NCBI GenBank assembly: GCA_903813345.2
Contig: CAIIXF020000001.1
Coordinates: 21,576,001 to 21,640,000 of the forward strand
From: Owenia fusiformis
Taxonomy: Eukaryota
Length of the DNA stretch: 64,000 nt
Direction of reading: 5' to 3'
A program made the translations under genes and the position numbers. The number at the start of each line of letters is the position of its first letter. Within the stretch, counting starts at the first letter, position 1. Under the pieces are notes generated by a model, which ran no database searches, was not told where the DNA came from, and saw only the letters and a list, made by a program, of their open reading frames with translations. Positions 13,501 to 23,654 of this stretch are shown here, one piece after another.

Positions 13501-13524
13501 ATTTTCCTCCTCGCTCTTAGAGTA
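7541..13524. mobile_element. Foldback-like non-autonomous DNA element with long TIRs containing ~180-bp tandem subunits
   Basis: 7541-7643 is the reverse complement of 13422-13524; 7879-~8300 mirrors ~13050-13425; ~180-bp units (aattgtacaatatcaggtctg) run + in 8100-11700 and - in 12020-13200; flanked by CAA/CAA (or TA/TA); no transposase ORF. Confidence 0.88.
9742..10919 (+). mobile_element. HINE-type element nested in the Foldback arm, ~7 core repeats of 125-170 bp
   Basis: 5' ttatgtcaccacc-aaaa-gtggtgacata hairpin, (GGTT/GGT) simple repeat, cores aaatcatctacatgttctcagaaattc..., 3' ggtgacat..ttaatgccttgtt; interrupts one 180-bp unit. Confidence 0.8.
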
Positions 13525-14150
13525 CAATAGTAACGTAAGGAAACGGCCATCACCTTCACATCAAAGATGGCGGACAGGAAGTGTTGATTTCGATATACTT
13601 TATAGTTGATGTAATGCTTTGATATTTGAACTAAATTCGACTTATATGACAAAGAAACTCTGGGGTAGGATCATTTGTTCATATATCATGCATGGGCGCC
13701 ACAGTTTAAAGATATCTTCCATTGCTTAAGGGAACGTAACTGGGATTTTGGTTTTACAGATGATAAGATAACTGATATGCAGTGATGCAGTAACGTTATG
13801 AGAATTATAATGGAGAGCTAAGATGTCCAGTAACTGTCTATTGAAAACTAACATGACAGCTACAGTATCTTACATTTCCAGTTACAGTATCTTACATTTC
13901 CAGTTACTTTCCCTTAGTGGTGGAAGATATCGTTGAACTATGGCACCTACACATGATATATGAACAAATTATCATATTCCATAGTTCCCATGTCATATAA
14001 GCCTGATTTGGTTCAAATATCAAAGCATTATGCCAACTATAAAGTAGTTTAAATTGATGAAAACTAAAAATATTGAAACAATATTGACACTTCCAGTCTG
14101 CCATTTTTGATGCAAAGGTAACAGCCGTTACCTTCGCTTGATACTGACCA
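13525..14150. mobile_element. Older degenerate MITE
   Basis: 13530-13590 (..catcaaagatggcggacaggaagtgt) is inverted relative to 14085-14147 (acacttccagtctgccatttttgatg..). Confidence 0.6.
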
Positions 14151-15941
14151 TTGTAACTGTTGGTGTAATTCTCCACAGCATAACTATTTAAGGGTTAATA
14201 ACTTTGTGAAAAAAGTTACTTATTTTTGCAAAGTTACTAACATTCAAGAATGCAAGTTTAAAGTGTCTCACATATTCGATCAAAACGTGCCATGCAAACA
14301 TGTTAGTCTACTTTACTGGCCCCCCTTGCTGTAACAAGGAACCCAAAACACATTAAAACGTAAACATAAACCAACAATTAGTCACTTCACTATGAAAGTG
14401 AGGGGTGTTGCTGTGTGCATGGACTAACACAATATCAGTGGTCATTTACTGTGTCAACTTAGTAACCCTTGCATATCGTGCTCACTCAAGTATTGAATAA
14501 TTTTTTTATGATCTAAATGTTTGTGGTTTATAAAAAAATGTGATATATTTTAGTTAGGAATACATTAATTAATATATTCATTCAAACAGCACTAGAATGT
14601 GGGAAGAAAGAGCAATGGTGACAAAATGCAGACAGAATTTTCCGTAAGGGTTTCAAACATTTCTGAACACAATCATACATGTACTTCATGTGTACTGTTA
14701 TTTTTAGTGCTGTATTTATAGATATAATTTCACGTATTAAAATCATATTTTCCAGCAATGACTTCAAATTCGGAACCACACCCATATGACATTTTCTTCA
14801 ATAACTCCAAATATGTGTAAACATTGACCATGTGCATATAAATTCAGATTTCACGAGCTCTTTCCTATTCGAGTACCTCATACACCCCTGCATGGATTTG
14901 AGTTGGATTCGGCTTTTATACGTGAGCCGACACACTCACAAACGCTGATTGGATAAAGATTGCGAGAATCTTTAAAGTAAATTTTACCAGCAACAAAAAT
15001 GCAAAACTTAACAAACTTTCAAGAAATAAACCCCTGAATAAGAGTATTTTTGTGTCACCCTGTAAGTTTAACCTAAAAGTATATATAGCCACAATTCTAG
15101 ACAAAACCTTGCAAATGTAGCAAATACAGTTTATAATAATTTATTAAAATTAACCAAACAGATATCAAAGTCTTAATTTACTAAATCAGTAATTTGATCT
15201 TAGCTCATCCAGGTAGTATGGGATCATCTATTGCATTATTATATAGTAAATACAGGAAAATGAAAAAGAGGTTCAGAGGTTTCTTTATTGAAACCTGAAT
15301 AAAACTTGTATAAATATATTTTTTAAATTACATTATGACTGACTTCATTTGTATATTTTGTATAAAGGTGGAGAGAATCAAACAAATGAGTTCAGGTCAA
15401 TCTTAAATGTCATTGAAAAATAATAAAACATTAAGTTTTCACATCACTTACTCAAGTTACAGAGGTCAAAGTCCATGGTGAATCTACATGTGAATGATAT
15501 TTTATGGTTCAAGAAGTTCTTGAAGGACTTCATTATCACCATCATTGCTCTGGTATAAATACTGGCTATCTTCATTTCCCTGATATCTTGGGTCACCAAG
15601 AGCATCTTTCATCTTCCTCCAGAACAGCTGTTTCCTGTCTTCATCCTCACTCCACTCCAAGTACACCCGGGTCTCAAGTAGTGAACGTAGAGTGGGTGTG
15701 ATCAGCTCTGGGGGTAGGACATCCACAGGCTCTTTTAGTATCAATATCAAACAGTCTCGCCCCCTGGTAGCAAGCTCACCTCTGGCAAGGTTCATTTCAA
15801 ATGTGCACCAACCACTTCGGAGAAAATTATGGCTAATAATCAGAATTATCTTGTTGCTTTTGCTGATGCTTTCAATGATAATGTCAGCAATGTAAGCACC
15901 TGGCATGAAGTTGCGGTCATCTATGCATATATTATAGTTGT

Positions 15942-17442
15942 TATGTCCCCACCACATAGTGTGGGGCCATATTGTCGGCCTAGGCGCGTCCGTCCGTCTG
16001 TCTGTCCGTCTGTCTGTCCGTCTGTCCGTACGTCCGGCAGTTTTCTCCAAAACCGCTACAGATATCACCTTCAAATTTTCAGGGATAACTTATGAGTGCA
16101 TACAGATGTGGATGAAAAAAAATTAACTCGATACCTACTTCCTGTCGGCCATTTTGAAGTCAAATGCTAAAATCCTTGTCTGCAAACTTTAAGAAAAACT
16201 GCTTCACAGTTGCTTTTAAAACTTTAACATCTTGTTCAACTCACTTCATTCTAGATCTGATTAGGTTTTGGACCTGCTAGCTCAGTCATGTCAGCCATTT
16301 TGAATGTCTTAAGAAAAGTTAGCGCGCGATAATACTTTGTATCATATTGAATGGTGTTTTTGAGTTTTCATACTTTAACTATTTAGTAGCTTTATAAATA
16401 ATTTCAGATGTACTTTGCTGTAAAAGCCTACTTTATTGTTAACAGTAGTTATATGTGATAATTTGTAAAAAGAAATCAGCAAAAACTCGTAAGGACTTTT
16501 TTATTGTAGGCCATTTTGGATTTTTCGGTCCTAAAATCTTGTCTGTGAAGTCTTGTCTGCGCGTTTTCAGGTGAACCGTTTGGTGGATCAATTTCAAATT
16601 TTCAGGGATGATTCTTAGTATAAAAATCTAGATCTCATTAGTTTTTTGGCATTCTGGGTAAATGTCAAGGCAGCCATTTTGGATTTTCCGTCCTAAAATC
16701 TTGTCTGTAAAGTCTTGTCTACTCGTTTTCAGGTGAACCGTTTCGTAGATCAATTTCAAATTTTCAGGAATGATTCTCAGTATGAAAATCTAGAGCTGAT
16801 TAGTTTTTTTGCATTCTGGGTAAATGTCAAGGCAGCCATTTTGGATTTTCCGTCTTAAAATCTTGCCTGTAAAGTCTTGTCTACGCGTTTTTAGGAGAAC
16901 GGTTTGATAGATCAATTTCAAATTTTCAGGGATGATTCTTTGTATGAAAATCTACATCTGATTACTTTTTTTGCATTCTGCGTAAATGTTAAGGCAGCCA
17001 TTTTGGATTTTCTGTCCTAAAATCTTGTCTGTAAAGTCTTGTCTACCCGTTTTCAGGTGAACCGTTTGGTAGATCAATTTCATATTTTCAGGGATGATTC
17101 TTAGTATGAAAATCTACAAACAGATTAGTTTTTTGACATTCTGGGTAAATGTCAAGGCAGCCATTTTGGATTTTCCATCCTGAAATCTTGTCTGTAAAGT
17201 CTTGTTTACATGTTTTCTGGTTAACTGTGTGAGGGATCAATTTCAAATTTTCAGGGGTGGTTCTTAGTATGAAAATCTAGAACTGACTAAATTTTTGGCA
17301 TTCTGGGTAAATTTTAAGGTGGCCACTTTGGATTTTCCGTCCTCAAATTGTGTTGGTAAAGTCTTGTCTACTCATTTTCAGGATAACCATTTCACGGGAT
17401 CACCACTTGGTGGGGACATTTTGTACACATTTGTGTTCTTGT
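15942..17442 (+). mobile_element. HINE/pearl-type element inserted in the TIR coding region; ~5.5 x 162-bp cores
   Basis: Empty site seen in the paralogue (atagttgtatttatc, ~24084-24098); subTIR atgtccccacc/ggtggggacat; (GTCY)n microsatellite 15988-16035; cores 16510-17390; 3' hairpin acacatttgtgt; TTGT at both junctions. Confidence 0.92.
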
Positions 17443-17512
17443 ATTTATCTGCTAGATGTGCATATATGTTGGTCAGTGCCCAGTTTTTGTCCAGAGAGCT
17501 GTAACTCATAAA

Positions 17513-19297
17513 TCAATCAAAGTCAAACTGAAAATCAACCTGTTGATGACGTCTGAGTAATGCCCTTATCAGAAGGGCTAGATAGTGTATTTTGTATCTA
17601 CGCCTGTAGATACAGATAACAAGCACACTGCCTAGTACAACAAGTCCAAAAGATACCACAGGTGGAATTATCATAGCCTTCCAGCAATCCCATTTCATCC
17701 CAGGTAACAAAATGTCATTGATTGCCACTTCTGAGCCATTGATGTGAATACATGTTACTTCTTGCCATTTGTAGATGTTATCACTATGTGTTTGCGTCCA
17801 GTCTATAAGCTTGAAAGAATCACAGTTACAGATCAAAGGATTATGTCTGATGTCTATTGTTAAATTCCTGCTTGATGTTTTTATTAGTTCATCAATTTCC
17901 TTTCTTTTGTTTTCTTCAATAGTATTTATGTGATTGTTTGATATATTGAGGATTCTCAAGGATTTAAGCTGTGTCAGTATAATTACGATCTGTTTTATTT
18001 TGTTACCACTCAAGTTGAGAATTTCAAGTCCTGTTGTGTCAACAAAGGCCTTTGCATCGATATCTGTTATATCATTGTATGACACATCGATGAGTCGCTG
18101 CTTTGAACAGTTTTTGAAGATGGTGGAAGAAGAGTTAGATGAATGAAGTATTGCTCTGTTGTTTGCCAAGTCAAGATATTGTAGACTTTCAAAGTAGCCA
18201 GTCTCACATGTGAAGAATTCAGGTGCAAAAATACAGTCATTATCACTATATACAAATCTTTCCAAATTAACCAGTCCTTTGAGTGCACCACCTATATAAG
18301 TGGTGACAAAACTAGCAGAGGCTTCAATGATCTTGATCTTATTGTTATGTTGCAACTTTACTCCAAATGGAAGGTGATAAGGAGCAATATCCACAGTGGT
18401 CTGCCTCAGGTGTACCTCGACAAGGCCCGCAGGAACTGCCCATTCATTTTCACTCATTTTCTTTGAAAATGGGACAATGATATTGTTTCTTTTGAATAAA
18501 ACATTACTGTTGCCTTCTATTTTCACCACCCTTAGATATCTCATCAAATAAATGTCAAAAAATATATTGGTCCCTGGAAATCTCCCTCGTAATATATTAC
18601 TTGACAAATCTATCATTTCTAATTGGGGCACATTGTGGGAAAACCCAGGTTCAATTGCAAATATTCCTTTTTCTGCTAGAACCATCTTCTTCAAATGGCA
18701 GTGTTTGAAATATCGCAAATGTTTGTTTTCTAGCACAAAGGGCATGAGGGTAATTTGTTTATATATGATTGCCTCAATTGTTGAATTTTGTAGACCTTCA
18801 AATGCATCAAATAAAGCTATTCTGGAATCAAGTTTTGATTCATCCCCCATACCATTGACTTGAATTGTGTGTATATTTTCCAATGGCTTGTAAACAAGTT
18901 TGTGAAAACGTTCTGGTTTAAAAGGATTATGGCCTATCATGAGATACTGCAGATTTCCAAGACCAGTAAATGTATGGTTTCCAAAAATAGCTATTTTGTT
19001 CAGATCAATGTCCAACACTTCCAAGTTCTGATATAGTTGTCCTAACAACCCATCAGGCAAATGAGTTATGCAATTATTATATAGTCTAAGTACTGTTATA
19101 TCTCTTGGTAACTCTTGTGGCAATGACGCAATATTTCTTGATGAGCAATCGGCAGTGAGGCCAACACAGTCACACACTTGACAGCTGCTTTTGTGTTTTG
19201 ATTCCAATGCATTTCTAGAAGCAGATATTAAGTTTCCATAAACATGTACCAACAAAGATATCAGAAGAAAAGCTATCATCAGCTGGTATGAAATCAT
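17513..19297 (-). CDS. TIR-less TLR-like protein, 594 aa (signal peptide, LRRNT, LRRs, LRRCT, TM, short tail)
   Basis: Uninterrupted ORF; LxxLxLxxN repeats, NPLICNC LRRCT, hydrophobic TM, RRRYK; expression unknown. Confidence 0.65.
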   Translation of the reverse strand: MISYQLMIAFLLISLLVHVYGNLISASRNALESKHKSSCQVCDCVGLTADCSSRNIASLPQELPRDITVLRLYNNCITHLPDGLLGQLYQNLEVLDIDLNKIAIFGNHTFTGLGNLQYLMIGHNPFKPERFHKLVYKPLENIHTIQVNGMGDESKLDSRIALFDAFEGLQNSTIEAIIYKQITLMPFVLENKHLRYFKHCHLKKMVLAEKGIFAIEPGFSHNVPQLEMIDLSSNILRGRFPGTNIFFDIYLMRYLRVVKIEGNSNVLFKRNNIIVPFSKKMSENEWAVPAGLVEVHLRQTTVDIAPYHLPFGVKLQHNNKIKIIEASASFVTTYIGGALKGLVNLERFVYSDNDCIFAPEFFTCETGYFESLQYLDLANNRAILHSSNSSSTIFKNCSKQRLIDVSYNDITDIDAKAFVDTTGLEILNLSGNKIKQIVIILTQLKSLRILNISNNHINTIEENKRKEIDELIKTSSRNLTIDIRHNPLICNCDSFKLIDWTQTHSDNIYKWQEVTCIHINGSEVAINDILLPGMKWDCWKAMIIPPVVSFGLVVLGSVLVICIYRRRYKIHYLALLIRALLRRHQQVDFQFDFD

Positions 19298-19874
19298 TGT
19301 TCTAATATTCCTCAGTACTTAAAATTGAAATTCAATTGGGATTCAATTTTTGTCTTGTTTATATATGTATTTGAATTGTACATGTAATTTGGACCCATTA
19401 ATTATAGAAAATAAAAGGAAGTAGCAAAAACAGGAAGAATGAAACCTCATTTTATCAAAAGAAATCTTCCTGTTTTATGACATGGTGAACACTGTAATCT
19501 TAAAAGATATTGTAATATTGACTTTGGCTATCAGCCCTTATGTATTAGCAAAGTTCAGTCGGGCGACATTGTTCCATCTACCTTTTTATTTCTTTTAGAC
19601 ACCATGCTAAGATGAAAACAATTTCTCAAAGTCATTGCTTGGCACATTTAACACTGTCCACAGAAGAACATTCATAAACTAGATATATTTGAAAAAGTTA
19701 TTGTGTTAGATTGACACAAAAGTATTTTTACAGCCATAATTCCAGACATAAAGGCAATCGAATACTGCAAATACAATTCAATTAGTAATATTAGACTACA
19801 CTGATCAAAGCCATGATATGTAAAATCTTAATCTTGGCTTATACATGGAGTATAGGATTACCTTTATAATAACA

Positions 19875-22800
19875 TTATATTATTATTATTATTATTTATT
19901 TATTCAGTAAGCTATGTATTAAAATACAGACAATGAGCGGGTGACACGTAATGTGTATATTCCCGACAGGGTAGTGAATTACCTACATAGAAACAGAGGG
20001 GGATCTGTTTGTGTGCGAATGCTTATAATGGGTGGTTAGTGAAAGGTGTGTCATACAGCCCAAAATATAAACTATAAGAATGGTATTCAATTATTCATTA
20101 TTAACAAAGTACTTTTTTAGCTCTCTTTTCATGATGGGAACACTTCGAGAAGATTGAATCTTGTTTGGTAATTGATTCCAAATTGTTGGTGCTGCGAAAG
20201 TTAACATTGAAATGCCATAGTTCGTCCGCACCTTAGGTTTGTCATAAGTATCCTTGTTTCTAGTATTGTGTTCATGTCTCGCCTGGACCATTTTGAAAAA
20301 GTTAGGAAAAATTTTATGGTAGTTATCAAGCTGATTTATCCATTTATACATAAATAAACATTTCTGTTGTTTGTGTATGTCAAAAATATTTAAAAGGTTT
20401 AACTGTTTGAATAATGGTAGGGAATGAGCTCTATAATCGCTGTTTGTTGCAATGCGGGTGAATTTCTTTTGCACAAGATATAGAGAATTTAATGAACTAC
20501 ATGTTTCACCCCAAATAACATTGCCATATATAAGATGAGAATATATAAGTGAATAATAGATGCTCATAAAACCACTGATATTCAACAGTTGTTTTACTCT
20601 ATATAAAATACCAATTGTCCTAGAAATTTTTGCATTAACAGAAGCAATATGCCGTTTCCAGTTCAAGTGTTTATCTATTATTATGCCAAGAAAGTTTATA
20701 TGATCAACTTGTTCAATTTGCTTGCCATTAAGATAGATTTTAATATTATTTGCGTTAAATCTTTTTTGTCTTGAGGAAAAAATGATATATTTTGTTTTAT
20801 TAGCATTGAGTGATAATTTGTTTGTGACCAGCCATTCTTCAATATGTTTCAGTTCAATATTTAAAGTTTCTGTCAGGTCATTTAGATTTTTGCCTTTAAT
20901 CAATAAGTTAGTATCATCCGCGAATAAGACGAAAAATAGTGTCGGGAAGAAAGATATATATCATTAATATATAATATAAAAAACAGAGGTCCTAAAATTG
21001 AGCCTTGAGGAATACCGCAAGTGATCAAGTCACGATTAGAGATTGTGTCCTTATATAAAGTTTGCTGGAATCTGTTTTTAAAATAACTTTTTATCCAGTC
21101 AAGAGCAACACCACGTATACCATAATATTGAAGTTTATCAAATAGTATGTTATGATCTATTGTATCGAAAGCTTTGGAAAAGTCAATAAATAATCCTATT
21201 GTAAATTCCCCATCATCAATAGATTTCCTGATCTTTTCAATAAATGTTAATACCCCCATGAAAGTTGATCTTTTTTCCCTAAATCCAAATTGATTAGTAT
21301 ACAAAATGTCAATAGTATCTATAAACTTTGTTATTCTTTTATGCATTAGTTTTTCCAAAATTTTTGAAAAAACTGGTAGTACAGATATTGGCCGATAATT
21401 GGTGAAAAAATGTTTTTCATCTTTTTTATAAATCGGTAAAACTTTTGCAATTTTAAGTTGGTCTGGAAAAACTCCGTTTGAAATGGATAAATTAAAAATA
21501 TGCATAAGAGGCTGATATAGTACAAAACCGCATTCTTTCATAATAAAAGGTTTAAAATCATCATGACCTGCAGCAGAAGGTTTTAAATTAAAAATTATTT
21601 TTTGTAGTTCGTTAACATCAACTGGGTCTAAAAAGATTGAAGAAGCCTGTTGTCCTAATGTTTGCATAAAATCTAAGGGTTTTTTATCTGACTTGGGAAT
21701 TTTTGCAGCTAAGTTTTCTCCAACTTTTACAAAAAAATTATTGAAATGATTAGCTATCTCCTGTTTGTTGGTTATTTTCACGTTATTTTGAATGAAGAAG
21801 TCAGGGATATTATTATTTTTCTTTTGAGTATCTCATTAATTATTTGCCAATTTGCCTTTATGTTGCCTTGATTCAGTTTAAATTTGTTATTATAGTATTG
21901 CTTTTCAGATAATTTAATTGTACTTTTTAGTTGATTTGCATAAGATTTATATTGTTTTTTATTTTGATCTGTGGGATTCCTGAGATATTTCTTGTATAGT
22001 TTGCTTTTATGTCTAATTGATTTAAGTGTTGCTGATGTAATCCAAGGTTTTTGATTATTATTGTATAGTTTAATTGTGATCTGTTTTAATGGGAAGCATT
22101 CATCATAAAATTCTGATAGTTTTTCCTCAAATTTATTATAAGATTCATTAACATCGTTGAAATTTGTAATATCAATCCAAGATTCATTAGAGAGGATTTC
22201 TTTAAATTTTAAGATGCTTTCGTCAGTATATTTTCTAATAGACTTTTTCATTGATGTTGTTTTGTTAACAGGTTTGTTGGAAACAGCAAATATTGGAAAG
22301 TGATCTGATATGTCATTATATATAATTCCACATAAGTCAACTTTAGAATCATTAGTAAAGATGTTATCTATGAGAGTGGCTGAGGTAGATGTAACTCTAG
22401 TTGCTTTATATATTACAGGCATGAAGTTATATGAAGACATAATGTTGTAAAAGTTTTCAGTATTTTCATGTTCAACAGATTTAAAAAGATCAATGTTAAA
22501 ATCTCCAGCAATGTAGCTTAATTTGTTGTTTTCTCTTGAAAGTAAAGATAGGTATACATCTAGGTCATTGTTGAATTCTTCTAGATCAACATTTGGTGGC
22601 TTATATACACAGGTTATTAAAATATTCTTTCCATTTTCAACAATTATCTCTATGGTTATGACATCACAATTGACATTGTTAAATTTTAAATCAGATCGTT
22701 CCTTGATATTAATAGATTTATGAAAAAGGAGACCAACACCGCCTCCTCTAGTTGTTCTTGAGTTGAAAAATCCTCGGTAATTTAGAAATTCAGAAAAGTT

Positions 22801-23181
22801 GTCTTCTTGATCTTTATACAGCCAAGTTTCAGAGAGAGCAATGACAGATATATTTTTATCGATAGACGCAAGTAGATTAGACAATTTCCAATGATTTGAA
22901 GACAAACTACGAATATTGCAGTGTAAAATAGACATATCTATGTTATTCTTGGAATTGAGATTATTATTGAAGTCAGAAAGTGTGACATATTCATTCTTAG
23001 CCATGTATTCCTTGGTTGTGTTATCAAAGTCTGGGGCGTCAGGATCATCATCTCTGATTTCGAGCAGATTAAAAATTTTATTTTCAAAATTAATGATCAA
23101 GTCACCATTTGGAACAATATCAATAAATTCGGAAGAGTCTATAATATTAAAAAAAGGAAATTCAGACCATGGGCATGACAC
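19875..23181 (-). mobile_element. Non-LTR retrotransposon (L2/CR1/Crack-like), near-complete ORF2 with APE and RT, two frameshifts, no ORF1 seen
   Basis: APE motifs (NIRSL, LSETW, GDFNID, IDNIF, SDHFP); RT motifs (YRPIS, QFGFR, DFSKAFD, GIPQGSILGP, FADD in the next frame at ~20913-20924); frameshifts at ~21820 and ~20940; 3' UTR ending aataaataaa(taa)n at ~19875-19905. Confidence 0.93.
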
Positions 23182-23654
23182 ATGTGTATTCAGATTAACC
23201 AGTATCTAAAAGTAGAAGCATTACACACACAAACAGATCCCCTTTATGAATGTTACAAGACTTGAAAAAAGGAAGTCTCAATATGAATTGAAACATGATG
23301 TTCTGTGAACACAGAACTGGGCTAGATGTAAGGGGCAAATTCATATTTGTGGCTCAGTTGAATGACATATAAACATAACAGTGAATGTAAGAACCAAAGC
23401 AAGTTAGTGAGAAAGTTAAAAATGTTGGATATTTTCTAACAGGTTCATTAGGAATCCTGATTGAAACTCCTGTATGTTTTGTTTATAAATTTTATGTGTC
23501 ACTGACTTAAATGGTTGACAGAATCAAGGATATGAGTTCAGGTCAAACTTAAATATCATATAGTATCATTAAGTATTTAACTTCTTATCAAAGGTATAGA
23601 GAGTCAATTTCATCAATAGGTGAATCTAAATATCTACATGTAGATAGTGTTTTA

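Larger units (their letters stand above)
15502..19297 (-). pseudogene. Disrupted Toll-like receptor paralogue (copy 1)
   Basis: Colinear with the intact copy; GGA>TGA at 17513-17515 in TIR box 1, plus an insertion at 15942-17442; the rest of the TIR (15502-15941) is still open. Confidence 0.85.

Noticed and set aside
15958..16074. N-terminal extension (TDRR repeats) of ORF 15502-16074
   Set aside because: Starts at TTG and translates the element's GTCY microsatellite
15942..17442. Insertion removed as an intron to restore the TLR
   Set aside because: Junctions are not GT-AG on the - strand, and the upstream TGA would still terminate translation
19300..19480. ETS/IRF-like motifs upstream of TLR copy 1
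   Set aside because: Short motifs are expected by chance in AT-rich DNA and the TSS is unknown
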